Positions 49,306 to 59,327 of a DNA stretch of 64,000 nucleotides are shown in pieces. The stretch covers positions 192,001 to 256,000 of the forward strand of contig CAVZYA010000003.1 of assembly GCA_963779415.1 (NCBI GenBank), given 5' to 3'. A program made the translations under genes and the position numbers. This DNA is from an uncultured Acidobacteriota bacterium. Lineage in GTDB: Bacteria; Acidobacteriota; Thermoanaerobaculia; UBA5066. How positions within the stretch are numbered: the first letter of the stretch is position 1; the number at the start of each line of letters is the position of its first letter. The notes below the pieces were generated by a model. That model was not told the DNA's origin and did not search any database. It saw only the letters and a program-made list of their open reading frames with translations.

Positions 49306-50641
49306 ATGAGCACCGTCCTTTCGTCCCCCGTTCTCCACGGCGCGGCGCGCTGGGCCTTCTGGGACTGGTGGGTCGACCGGAAGAGCCGCTGGGTCCGCGA
49401 CGAGGTCCACCAGCTCGACGCCGAAAGGTTCCGGACGATCTCCGTCGGAACGGGGCTCCCTCCGATCTACCAGAAGTCGACCTTCGCCTTCCACAGCGTG
49501 AGGGACGGAGCCGACCGCTTCCTCGGGATGTCGAAGGGGGGAGAGCGCCCGTACGCCCGGATCTACACGCGCCTCGGGAACCCGACGACGGAGTACCTCG
49601 AGCGGGTCCTCTTCCGTCTCGAGGCGCAGCACGTCATCGACAAGGCGCTCGCCGAGGACGAGCGCGAGCCGACCATCGGCTGCCTCATCACGGCGTCGGG
49701 GATGGGGGCGATCTCGGCGCTCATCCTTGCGCTCACGAAGGCAGGCGACGCCGTCCTCGCAGGGAACATCTACGGCTGCACCGACAGCCTCCTCCGGAAC
49801 ATGTCGAAGTTCGGCGTGGAGGCGGTTTTCGTCGACATGGGGAGCGTCTCGCGCCGTCGAGGCGGCCCTCGAGGCGCACCCGAACGTCACGGCCGTCCTC
49901 CTCGAGTCGCCCGAGAACCCGACCCTCCGCCTGGCCGACATCGAGGCGATCTCGCGCCTCACCGAGTCGCGCGGCGTCGCCCTCGTCGTCGACAACACCT
50001 TCTGCTCCCCCTACCTCCAGCAGCCGTTCCGCCTCGGCGCGGACTTCGTCGTCCACTCGCTGACGAAGTTCATCAACGGCCACTCCACGTCCGTCGGAGG
50101 CGCCGTCCTCGGCCCCTTCCGCTTCATGAAGGAGGAGCTCTTCCCCTGGTACAAGGACCTCGGCTCCACGCCGTCCCCTTTCGACTCGTGGCTCGACTCC
50201 ATGTCGGTCCAGAGCCTCGCCGTGAGGCAGGAGGCCGAGAGCGCCTCGGCCGCGCGGATCGCCGACTTCCTCCGCCACCACCCGAAGGTCGCGAGCGTCG
50301 CCTACCCCGGCTTCCCCGACTTCCCGCAGGCCGGGATCGTCCGGAAGCAGATGCGAAACGGTGGCTCGCTCATCAGCTTCGAGGTGAAAGGGGGCGCGCC
50401 GGCCGGCGAGCGGCTGATGAACTACTTCGCCCGGAAGGAGACGCCGATGGAGCTGGCCGTCAGCCTCGGGGCGACCATCAGCTACATCCAGCACCCGGCG
50501 TCGATGACGCACGCCGTCGTCCCGGAGGCCGACCGCCTCGCACGCGGGATCACCCCCGGCCTCATCCGGATCTCGGTCGGCCTCGAAGGACCCGAAATCC
50601 TGATCGAGCACCTCGACCGCGGGCTGAATCTCCCCGCGTGA
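49306..50641 (+). CDS. Methionine gamma-lyase-like Cys/Met metabolism PLP enzyme, frameshifted
   Basis: YTRLGNPT, SGMGAI, YGCT, ESPENP, DNTF, SLTKFINGH, AVSLG, RISVGLE; frame break near 49850. Confidence 0.88.
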
Positions 50642-51109
50642 GCGAGGCAGCTCTCGGCCTCGCCGCCTCGGCGGAGGAGATCGAGACCGCGCGAGACGCT
50701 CTTCCGCGAGTACGAGAAGAGCCTCGGAATCAGCCTCTGCTTCCAGAACTTCGCCGAGGAGGTCGCGACGCTCCCCGGCGCCTACGCGCCCCCCGAGGGC
50801 CGGCTCCTTATCGCCTTCGTCGACGGGCGGCCGGCCGGCTGCGTGGCGCTCCGAAAAATCGGCGAGGGCGTCGCCGAGATGAAGCGCCTCTATGTCCGCC
50901 CCGAATTCCGAGGCATGAAGCTGGGGCGAAGGCTGGCGGAGGCCGTTCTCAACGAGGCCAGGACAATCGGCTACTGCGCCGTCCGCCTCGACACGCTCTC
51001 CACCATGACGGAAGCGCAGGCGCTTTACGTCTCCATGGGCTTCGTCGACATCCCCCCCTACAACGACCACCCGATCGAGGGGACGAGGTTCATGGAGAAG
51101 CGACTCTGA
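50638..51109 (+). CDS. GNAT family N-acetyltransferase, frameshifted near the start
   Basis: [33 protein letters not shown]; extra base near 50695. Confidence 0.85.
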
Positions 51110-51131
51110 GAGCCGGATTCCCGCGATCCTC

Positions 51132-51160
51132 TTGACGCGGACTCGTTATGACCATATCCT
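51132..51160 (+). promoter_or_regulatory. Sigma70 promoter of the Phd/VapC operon (leaderless)
   Basis: TTGACG-17nt-TATCCT-7nt-ATG; TGACCAT direct repeats at 51149 and 51163. Confidence 0.65.
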
Positions 51161-51167
51161 CGTGACC

Positions 51168-51398
51168 ATGAGCAGGGCCGCTCGTTCAGTCCCGGCCGGC
51201 GAGTTCAAGGCGAAGTGTCTGGCCCTTCTCGACGAGGTCGCCGAGACGGGTCAGGAGGTCGTCGTGACGAAGCGGGGCCGTGCCGTGGCCCGGGTCGCCC
51301 CGATCGAGCCCGCGAAAGTTCGAAGTCTCAAAGGCAGCGTTCTCAGGGAGACCGACATCGTCAGCCCGCTCGGGGCGGACTGGGACGCCGAACGCTGA
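51168..51398 (+). CDS. Phd/YefM family antitoxin
   Basis: AGEFKAKCLALLDEV, VVTKRGRAVARVAP. Confidence 0.9.
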   Translation: MSRAARSVPAGEFKAKCLALLDEVAETGQEVVVTKRGRAVARVAPIEPAKVRSLKGSVLRETDIVSPLGADWDAER

Positions 51399-51781
51399 TT
51401 CTCCTCGACACTCACGCCTGGGTCTGGTGGGCGGCCGAACCGAAGAAGCTCTCCGTCAGGGCGCGACAATCGATCCAGTCGGCGGACGACATCGGGGTGA
51501 GCGCGATTTCTCCCTGGGAGGTTGCGATGCTCACCTCCAAGGGCCGGCTCGAGCTCGATCGGGACGTTCTTCTCTGGGTCCGTCAGGCCCTGGCGCTCCC
51601 AAAGGTCAGTCTCGTCCCTCTCTCTCCTGAGATTGCGGTGGCCTCGGTCGCGCTGGGGAAGGGCTTTCCCGCAGATCCCGCCGATCGGATCCTCGCGGCC
51701 ACGGCCCTGCGTCTTCGTGCATCACTCATCACACGAGACAAAGGGCTTCGCTCCGTCCCCGAGCTCAGGACGATCTGGTAG
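51395..51781 (+). CDS. VapC (PIN domain) toxin
   Basis: ILLDTHAWVW, SAISPWEV, DPADRILAATA, LITRD; apparent CTG start overlapping the antitoxin TGA. Confidence 0.88.
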   Translation: MILLDTHAWVWWAAEPKKLSVRARQSIQSADDIGVSAISPWEVAMLTSKGRLELDRDVLLWVRQALALPKVSLVPLSPEIAVASVALGKGFPADPADRILAATALRLRASLITRDKGLRSVPELRTIW

Positions 51782-51785
51782 GCAT

Positions 51786-53561
51786 TCACGGAGCCGACTT
51801 CGCCGACCGGATCCAGGCGTCGATCCTATCTTCGAGTACCGGGAGCGTGACCGTGCCACCCGACAGGACCCTGTCGTGGAACTCACGGATGTCGAAGCGC
51901 GGCCCCAGCGCCTCCTCGGCCCGCTTCCGAAGCTCGCGGATCTTCAGCTCGCCCATCTTGTAGGCGAGGGCCTGCCCCGGCCAGGAGATGTACCGGTCCG
52001 TCTCGGTCGTGCACTCGTGAAGGGAGAGCGCCGTGTTCGCGGCCATGTAGTCGATCGCCTGCTGCCGGCTCCAGCCCATGGCGTGGAGGCCGGTGTCGAC
52101 GACGAGGCGGCAGGCCCTCCACATCTCGTAGGTCAGACGCCCGAACTGGCTATAAGGATCGGCATAGAGGCCCATCTCCAGCCCGAGCCTTTCCGCGTAA
52201 AGCCCCCACCCCTCGCCGAACGCGTCGATGTAGAGATGACGCCGGAAGCTCGGCAGCTCATTCATCTCCTTGGCGAGCGCGATCTGGAGGTGGTGCCCGG
52301 GCACGGCCTCGTGAAGGGTCAGCGCAACGAGGACGTAGAGGGGACGGGTCTCGAGCGCGTAGGTGTTGACCCAGTAAGTGCCGGCCTTCTTTCCGTCGAG
52401 CGGCGCCGGGACATAGCGCCCTCCCGTGTATTTCGGGGCGATGTCCGCGGGAACCGGCTCGACGCCGTACGGCTGACGGGGAAGCCTCCCGAAGAGCGAC
52501 GGGAGCTTGCCGTCGATCTTCTTGGCCGTAAAGGACGCCTGCTTGAGCAGCTCCTCCGGAGTCTTCGCATAGAAGCGAGGGTCCGTCCGGAGGAACTTCA
52601 GGAACTCGGCGAAGCTTCCTTCGAAGGCGGCCTCGCGAATCACCGCCTCCATCTCGGCACGGATCCGCCGGACCTCCGCGAGGCCGATCGCGTGAACCTG
52701 CTCGGGCGTCACGTCGAGCGTCGTGAAGTGCCGGACGAGAAAGGCGTAGTACTCCTTCCCCCCCGGAAGGGCCGACGCGCCCACGGTCGGCCTCGCGCCC
52801 GGAATGTACTCACGGGTCATGAACTCCAGGAACTCCGAGTAGGCCGGGAGGACCTGCTCGCGGATCGCGTCCTCCCCCGCCGTCTTCAGCCGGGCCCGGT
52901 CGGCCTCCGGGACCCCCGGCGGAAACGAAGCGAAGGGGGCGTAGAGAGGGCTCTTTTCGGGCGATGCGACGATCTGAGCCCGGATCGGCCCGTCGTAGCC
53001 AGCCAGGACGGCGCGCGGAAGGGTCCACCCCGTCCGGAGGCCTTCGCGCAGGACGTCGATGTTCTGGCGGGCGAATCCGGGGAAGGCTCTGAGGCGTGCG
53101 ACGTAGTTCTCGTAGTCGCGCGTCGTCGCAAGTGGGACCTCGTCTGCCAGCCGGGCGAACTCGGTGTGAAACCCGCTGTCCGCGTTGATCGGAAACCGGT
53201 AGGTCCCCAGCTCAAAGGCGCGGATCGCGTCGTCCAGCTCCCGGCGAAAGAGAACGTAGCTCTCCCGGTCCTCTTCGTCGAGGGCGGCCGGGTCGATCTC
53301 GAGAAGGCGCCTCCGGAATTTCCGATACTCCCCGTCCCGCCGCGCCTCGTCGGCCACGCCGACGGAAGGGAGCTGGCCGTCGAAGCGGTGGTCGCCGACG
53401 GCGGTGGCGAAGAGCGGGTCCTCGCAAAGCCGCAGCTCCCACTCGTCGTCCAGAAGCGCGTGCAACCGCGTCCGCGCCTCCTTCGTCTCGGGTGAAGGAG
53501 TTGCGGCCTGCAGCAGAAGCGGGAAAACCAGCAGCACGCAAACGAGACTCTCGAGCCCCAC
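51786..53561 (-). CDS. DUF885 family exported protein (putative metallopeptidase)
   Basis: Signal peptide, LHEAVPGHHLQ, EGWGLYAE, RACRLVVDTGLH, PGQALAYK. Confidence 0.9.
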   Translation of the reverse strand: MGLESLVCVLLVFPLLLQAATPSPETKEARTRLHALLDDEWELRLCEDPLFATAVGDHRFDGQLPSVGVADEARRDGEYRKFRRRLLEIDPAALDEEDRESYVLFRRELDDAIRAFELGTYRFPINADSGFHTEFARLADEVPLATTRDYENYVARLRAFPGFARQNIDVLREGLRTGWTLPRAVLAGYDGPIRAQIVASPEKSPLYAPFASFPPGVPEADRARLKTAGEDAIREQVLPAYSEFLEFMTREYIPGARPTVGASALPGGKEYYAFLVRHFTTLDVTPEQVHAIGLAEVRRIRAEMEAVIREAAFEGSFAEFLKFLRTDPRFYAKTPEELLKQASFTAKKIDGKLPSLFGRLPRQPYGVEPVPADIAPKYTGGRYVPAPLDGKKAGTYWVNTYALETRPLYVLVALTLHEAVPGHHLQIALAKEMNELPSFRRHLYIDAFGEGWGLYAERLGLEMGLYADPYSQFGRLTYEMWRACRLVVDTGLHAMGWSRQQAIDYMAANTALSLHECTTETDRYISWPGQALAYKMGELKIRELRKRAEEALGPRFDIREFHDRVLSGGTVTLPVLEDRIDAWIRSAKSAP

Positions 53562-53641
53562 GATGCCCCCTTCGGTCCGAGAACCATGATAGCGGAGCGA
53601 AATCGTCCGGGAACTCCAATCCACCCGATGGCCCCCGGAAC

Positions 53642-55107
53642 CTACTTCGACTCCTTCACGGTCTCGCGCGCCAGGCGCCGCTCCTCTTCCTGCTCCGCGA
53701 TGAGCTTGTAGGCGACGTAGTACTTGTAGATGTTCGAGACGTACGTCACCGTCTCCCGGCCGATCTTTTCGGAGGCGACGCGCTCCACGTTGTTGAACCA
53801 GAGGTTCGGGTCGAGGCCCCTCTTCGCCGCTTCCTTGCGTAGCGACTGGATCCGGTTGGGGCCCGCGTTGTAAGCGGCGAAGGCGAAGAGGCCCTTGTTC
53901 AGCCGGTCCATCGGCTCGTTCGCGAAGTACTGGTCGATCATGAACCGCATGTACTTGACGCCAGCCTCGATGTTCGGCCCAAGCTGGGTGATGTCGCCGA
54001 CCTTCTGCTCCTGGCCGGTGGCCGGCATCACCTGCATGACGCCGATCGCGCCGACCTTGCTCTTCGCGTTCTGGTTGAGCTGCGATTCCTGATACCCCTG
54101 CGCCGCCATCAGGAGGAAGTCCATGTCGTACTTGTCCGAATAGGTCTTGAAGAACCGGACCATCTCCTGAAACTTCTTCCTCTCGCCGCTGGATGCCGCG
54201 TTCTTCACGAACTTGGTGCTCTTCAGGTACTTCTGGAAGAGCTGGTTCCGAATGGAGGATCCCTCGGGGTATTTCGCCAGGAAGGCGTTGATCTCGGCCT
54301 TCAGGAGTGGGCTGTTCTTCCGGATCGCCCACGCAATGTCGCCGCCCGTCCGGAGCGTCACGTCGGGGTGAAGCTTGATCGCGGGGAGGACTCCGCCCAG
54401 AAACGCGCCAGATAGTCGTCCACGACGACGTACTGGACGAGCCCTGCATTCAGCATTTCGAGGAGGTCCTCGTCCTCGAGGTTGTCCGGGGCGAACCGCA
54501 GCTTCGCGGGGGTCTTGCCGCGCTTCGCGAGGTCGGCGTTCAGCTTCTCCAGGCTCTCGTGCCAGATGGAACCCTTCCGGACGTAGACCTCCCTGGCCGA
54601 GAGGTCGTCGACGGAGGCGATGGGCGGCGATGCCGGTCCGGAGACGACGATCTCGGAAACGTTCTTCAGGGCCGGGTCCGAGAAATCCACCAGCTTCAGG
54701 CGCTCGGGCGTCACCGTCAGACCAGCCGCCGCGATATCTCCGCGCCCCTCGAGCAGTGCCGATGCGAGGTCCTTCCGGCCGACCGGAATGAAGGCGACGT
54801 GGATTTTCAGGTTTCCGGTCTTGTACTTCCTGTTGATCTCGTCCTCGAACAGCTTCAGCGCTTCATACGTGATGCCGCGCGGCGTCCCCTTGTCGATGAA
54901 GTAGTTCGTCTTGTTGTAGACGACGAGCGCCCGGATCACCCGGCGCTTCCTCATCGTGTCGAAATCGCCCCCCTGGCCGAGCAATCGGCGTCCACCGGCT
55001 GTCGGATCCTTCCCGGATTCTTTCTGGGCATGAACCGGGCCGGGCCGGCCGAGGACGAGGAGCAGCGGCACCGCTGCGAGAACCCGAAACCCATTCGATG
55101 AACGCAT
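53642..55107 (-). CDS. mltF: MltF-like lytic transglycosylase (solute-binding plus SLT domains), frameshifted
   Basis: GDIAAAGLTVTPER, GDIAWAIRK, YQESQL, GAIGVMQV, AAYNAG, ETVTYV; missing base near 54390. Confidence 0.85.
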
Positions 55108-55323
55108 ATCTTCCTCCCGGAGATGTCGCCGTGACGGTTCATGTTAGTCCCGCCCCCGGGCCCGACGGATCAGCCACGGGATGGTCGAGAGCCCGGGTGG
55201 CCCGCTCGAACGCCGCTCGCGATCGTCCCGGTCGGGTCGTGATGCTTACGTCCCATTGCCCCGCCCCGCCGGGGGTGATACGAGCCCGAGAAGCAAACAC
55301 CGGGTCAGAGACAGGAGGACGCG

Positions 55324-57963
55324 ATGTCTTTCCGGACGTTTCTTCCGCTTCCCTTCTTTCTCGCCGTTGCCCTCGGGGCGCAAGCCTCCACCTTCACCGT
55401 GAACAGCACCCTCGACGCCGTGGACGTCAACCGGGGCGACGGCCTCTGCGCCGCGGCCGGCGGCGCCTGCACGCTGCGCGCGGCGGTCAACGAAGCCAAC
55501 GCGCTCGCCGGAGGGCCCCACACGATCAACATCCCCGCGGGCCACTACCTCCTGACGATCCCCGGGCCGAACGAGAACGCCGGTCTGACCGGGGACCTCG
55601 ATATCTCGAAGAGCATGACGATTCACGGGGCCGGCCCCGCCTCGACCGTCCTCGACGCGGGCGGTCTGGAACGTGTCTTCGAGATCATGCCTGGCGCGGA
55701 CGTGACGATCGACGGCCTGACGATCCGCGGCGGGAACGTCCTTGGCACCGAGTACCCCTGGGGGGGCGGAATCAGGAGCCTGGGAGGCCTGACGCTCCAG
55801 AACGTCGTCGTGACCGGAAACCGGGCAAACTCCGGCGGCGGAATCGAGGTCATCGGCAAGCCGCTTCAGATCGACCGCTCGACGATCGCCGAGAACGTCG
55901 CCTCCGACGACCGGGTCACGTCGGCCGACGGGGGCGGCGTGATCGCATGGAACTCCACGATCACGATCACAAACTCGACCGTCAGCGGGAACGTCGCGTC
56001 CGACTCGGGAGGGGGTCTCTACTTCCTGACCAGTACGGTGAACTTGACGAACGTGACGCTGTCCGGGAACGGCCGGGACGCCCTCTACGAATGGAACGAC
56101 GTCACGACCCTGACGAACGTCACGATCCTTGGCAATCGCGAGACCCAGGCCGTGAGGCATGCCGGCGCGAACGGCACCTACACATTGACGCTCCGGAACA
56201 CGGTCATCGCGAATACGGCGTTTGCAGACAACTGCTATGTCACTTCGACGCTGATCGTTTCGGAGGGCGGTAACCTCGACAGCGACGGGACGTGTCACCT
56301 CACCGGGCCCGGTGACCTCATCGGGGTCGACGCGCGTCTCGCTCCGCTCTCCTTCGCCTACGGCCCGACCGCGACGCACACTCCCCTCGCCGGCAGCCCC
56401 GTCGTGGATGCCGGGGCTCTCTCCGGCTGTCCGGCCCAGGACCAGCGCGGCTCGCCGCGGCCGGTGAACGGCCGATGCGATATCGGAGCTGTCGAGGTCC
56501 AGAACGGCGCCAGGTACACCGCAACGCGGACGATCCCGATTCTCGTCGACCGGACCGGCGCAGCCGGCTTCTCCTCGGAGATGACGATCGCGAATCGCGG
56601 CTCGCTGGCGGCAACGGTAGATTTGACGTACACCGCCGCATTGGCCCTCTCGTCGACCGGCACGGGCACGGCGTCCGAGTCGCTTCCTCCCGGTCGGCAA
56701 CTGACATTCGACGACGCCCTCGGCTACCTCCGGGGAAAGGGAATTCCGATCCCTTCGACCCCCGGACAGGGGGGGACCCTGAACCTTCAATTTTCCGGCC
56801 TCTCGTCGTCCGACGCCGGCTCCGCGAGCGCGCGGACGACCGCTCCCACGGGACCCGGCCGCGCCGGCCTGGCCTATCCCGCGCTGCGCGCCGAGGAGCT
56901 GACCGGCAACCCCGTCCACGTTTTCGGCCTGCGCGAAACGACGGACGACCGGACGAACCTCGCCCTCGCGAACACGGGAGCCTCCGGGACGATCACGCTC
57001 CGCGTGACCCTCTACTCGGGCAACACGGCCGCGGCCCCGGCCATCCTGCCGAACGTCACGCTGGGGCCCGGACAGTGGAGCCAGATCAACGCCCCGCACC
57101 TTCTGCGAGCGTCCGGCCTCACGAACGCCTGGGCCCGGGTGGAACGTGTCTCGGGGATCGAGCCGTTCCTCGCGTACGCCGTCTTCAACGACAACACGAC
57201 GGACGACGGATCCTACGTGCCGGCCGTCTCCGCCCTCCGGCGGGCGAGCCGGCTCTTCCTCCCCGTCCTCGTCGAGAGCGACCGGTACGAAAGCGAACTG
57301 ATCCTCGCGAACCCGGGAGATCTTCCGGTCCAGTTCGACCTGACCTACACGCAGTCTCGCGGACCCGGCGTCAGCGGGACGGCGATCGTCACGCTCGCAG
57401 CCCACGAGCAGCGGATCATTCCGGGCGCGATTGACTTCCTCCGGACGAGCGGCGTCCCCGTCGGTCCTTCCGGCCCGACTCTCGCGGGAATGCTCTGGGC
57501 GAAGCTGACCCCCGCGAGCGGTCTGGACGTGAACGGATTCGTCGGGGCCCGGACAGCCACCTCGGCGACCGGAGGGGACCCGTACGGCCTCTTCTACCCG
57601 GCCCTCACCTCGGGCGAGACGGCCCTCTCCGAGGCCTGGATCTATGGCCTTCAGCAGGATGGAGGGAACCGGTCGAATCTGGCCGTCGTGAACCTGGGCG
57701 CGAGCGCCGTCGGTCTCAGGATCGACGTCTTCGACGCGGCCACCGGAACCCTCGTGGGGACGTTGACCGACTCGCTCGGATCCTACGGCTGGAGCCAGCA
57801 CGACAGCGTCCTGGCGTCGTTCGGGATCTCCAACGGCTACGCGCGCGTCACGAAAAGCTCGGGGTCCGGGCGATTCGCGGCGTACGGCGTCGTCAACGAC
57901 GGGGCGAATTCCTCCCTCGGGACGAGCGACGGAAGCTACATCGCGATGACGGTCGTCGAGTAG
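55324..57963 (+). CDS. Secreted CSLREA-domain beta-helix protein with choice-of-anchor-Q-like region and duplicated C-terminal domain
   Basis: AGGAGG RBS; TVNSTLD..CTLRAAVNEAN; GGG repeats; DQRG..R..CDIGAVE; two related ~230-aa repeats each ending DGSY. Confidence 0.85.
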   Translation: MSFRTFLPLPFFLAVALGAQASTFTVNSTLDAVDVNRGDGLCAAAGGACTLRAAVNEANALAGGPHTINIPAGHYLLTIPGPNENAGLTGDLDISKSMTIHGAGPASTVLDAGGLERVFEIMPGADVTIDGLTIRGGNVLGTEYPWGGGIRSLGGLTLQNVVVTGNRANSGGGIEVIGKPLQIDRSTIAENVASDDRVTSADGGGVIAWNSTITITNSTVSGNVASDSGGGLYFLTSTVNLTNVTLSGNGRDALYEWNDVTTLTNVTILGNRETQAVRHAGANGTYTLTLRNTVIANTAFADNCYVTSTLIVSEGGNLDSDGTCHLTGPGDLIGVDARLAPLSFAYGPTATHTPLAGSPVVDAGALSGCPAQDQRGSPRPVNGRCDIGAVEVQNGARYTATRTIPILVDRTGAAGFSSEMTIANRGSLAATVDLTYTAALALSSTGTGTASESLPPGRQLTFDDALGYLRGKGIPIPSTPGQGGTLNLQFSGLSSSDAGSASARTTAPTGPGRAGLAYPALRAEELTGNPVHVFGLRETTDDRTNLALANTGASGTITLRVTLYSGNTAAAPAILPNVTLGPGQWSQINAPHLLRASGLTNAWARVERVSGIEPFLAYAVFNDNTTDDGSYVPAVSALRRASRLFLPVLVESDRYESELILANPGDLPVQFDLTYTQSRGPGVSGTAIVTLAAHEQRIIPGAIDFLRTSGVPVGPSGPTLAGMLWAKLTPASGLDVNGFVGARTATSATGGDPYGLFYPALTSGETALSEAWIYGLQQDGGNRSNLAVVNLGASAVGLRIDVFDAATGTLVGTLTDSLGSYGWSQHDSVLASFGISNGYARVTKSSGSGRFAAYGVVNDGANSSLGTSDGSYIAMTVVE

Positions 57964-58056
57964 GGGGGGGCCGCCGGCGCCCCGAAACTACGCCGGCCCC
58001 CGCCCCGGTCAGAACAAAGCCGCCCGGTTCATCGTAATCTGTTCGAAGGGCGATCT

Positions 58057-59316
58057 ATGACGAAGAAGATGAAAGTGACGCTCATTGCCGGGGGAGGCGT
58101 GGTCGTGGCTCTCGGCGCCTGGTGGTTCGTCTCCTCCCGCGACAAGGGAGTCGTCCCGGTCACCTCCGCCCCGGTCCGGGAGCAGGACATCGTCGCCAAG
58201 GTCACCGCCACCGGGAAGATCCAGGCCGAGAACCGGGTTGAGATGTCGGCGCTCGTCATGGGCCAGATCGTCAATCTCCGCGCCAAGGAAGGGGACCGCG
58301 TCAAGAAGGGGGACTTCCTCCTCCAGATCGACCCGAACCGCGCGGCCGCCGACACGGCGGGCTCCGCCGCCGCCGTGCAGGCCAGCGAAAAGGACCGGGA
58401 CTCGGCCAAGTCCGCCATGGACCAGGCCCAGCTCGACTTCGACCGGGCGAGGAGCAACTACCAGGCGAAGATCGCCTCCGAGGCCGACTACCAGAAGGCG
58501 CAGTCGACGCTCGAATCCGCCCGGGCGGCGCACGCCGCGGCGCAGCACCGGATCGACCAGAACCGGGCCGGCCTGACCGCTAACCGCGACACCCTCTCGA
58601 AGACGACCGTCCTCGCCCCGATCGACGGGATCGTCACCACCCTCCGGGTCAAGGCCGGGGAGGTGACGGTGATCGGGACGATGAACAACCCCGGGACCCA
58701 GCTCCTGACGATCTCCGACATGTCGATCGTCCAGGCGGTCCTGATGGTGGACGAGACGGACACGCCGAGCGTCCAGGTGGGGCAGAAGGCGCTCCTGACG
58801 ATCGACTCCTACCCCGGGAAGACGTTCGAGGGGACCGTCACGGAGGTCGGAAACTCCCCGATCCTGAAGGACGACGCGGACCTCGTGGGACTCACGACGA
58901 CCTCCGACGCGATCAACTTCAAGGTCAAGGTGAACCTCGCCGCGCCGCCTCCTGGCATCCGGCCCGGCTTTTCCGTCACGGCCGACGTCGTCACCGGCTC
59001 CAGGCCCAAGGTGGCCGTCGTACCGCTCGCGGCCGTCATCGTCCGCGACTCCCCAAAGGGCGAGAAGACCGAGGCGGGGAGGCTGAAGACCGAGGACGGG
59101 GTCTGGGCGATCGAGGGCGGAAAGGTGAAGTTCGTGCCCGTCCGGACCGGGCTCGCCGGCGAGCTGATGGTCGAGGTCGAGGGGATCAAGGTCGGGCAGC
59201 AGATCGTCACGGGGCCGTTCAAGGCGCTCCGCGAGGTCAAGGACGGAGATCGGGTGAAGGTGATGTCCGAGAAGGAGAAGAAGGCCGCCGAGGCCCGCGC
59301 GAGCGGCTCCGGATAA
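58057..59316 (+). CDS. MacA-like efflux periplasmic adaptor subunit
   Basis: N-terminal TM, VKKGDFLL, coiled coil, APIDGIV, VDETD, RPGFSV. Confidence 0.92.
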   Translation: MTKKMKVTLIAGGGVVVALGAWWFVSSRDKGVVPVTSAPVREQDIVAKVTATGKIQAENRVEMSALVMGQIVNLRAKEGDRVKKGDFLLQIDPNRAAADTAGSAAAVQASEKDRDSAKSAMDQAQLDFDRARSNYQAKIASEADYQKAQSTLESARAAHAAAQHRIDQNRAGLTANRDTLSKTTVLAPIDGIVTTLRVKAGEVTVIGTMNNPGTQLLTISDMSIVQAVLMVDETDTPSVQVGQKALLTIDSYPGKTFEGTVTEVGNSPILKDDADLVGLTTTSDAINFKVKVNLAAPPPGIRPGFSVTADVVTGSRPKVAVVPLAAVIVRDSPKGEKTEAGRLKTEDGVWAIEGGKVKFVPVRTGLAGELMVEVEGIKVGQQIVTGPFKALREVKDGDRVKVMSEKEKKAAEARASGSG

Positions 59317-59327
59317 GGGGGCGGGCC

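Noticed and set aside
51786-54449. Apparent 887-aa fusion overlapping mltF and DUF885
   Set aside because: The N-terminal part is an alternate frame of mltF. DUF885 has its own start and signal peptide near 53561.
55108-55323. Possible riboswitch (e.g. c-di-GMP) in the mltF/CSLREA intergenic region
   Set aside because: GC-rich pairing is possible but no recognisable conserved aptamer motifs were found by eye. An Rfam scan would be needed.
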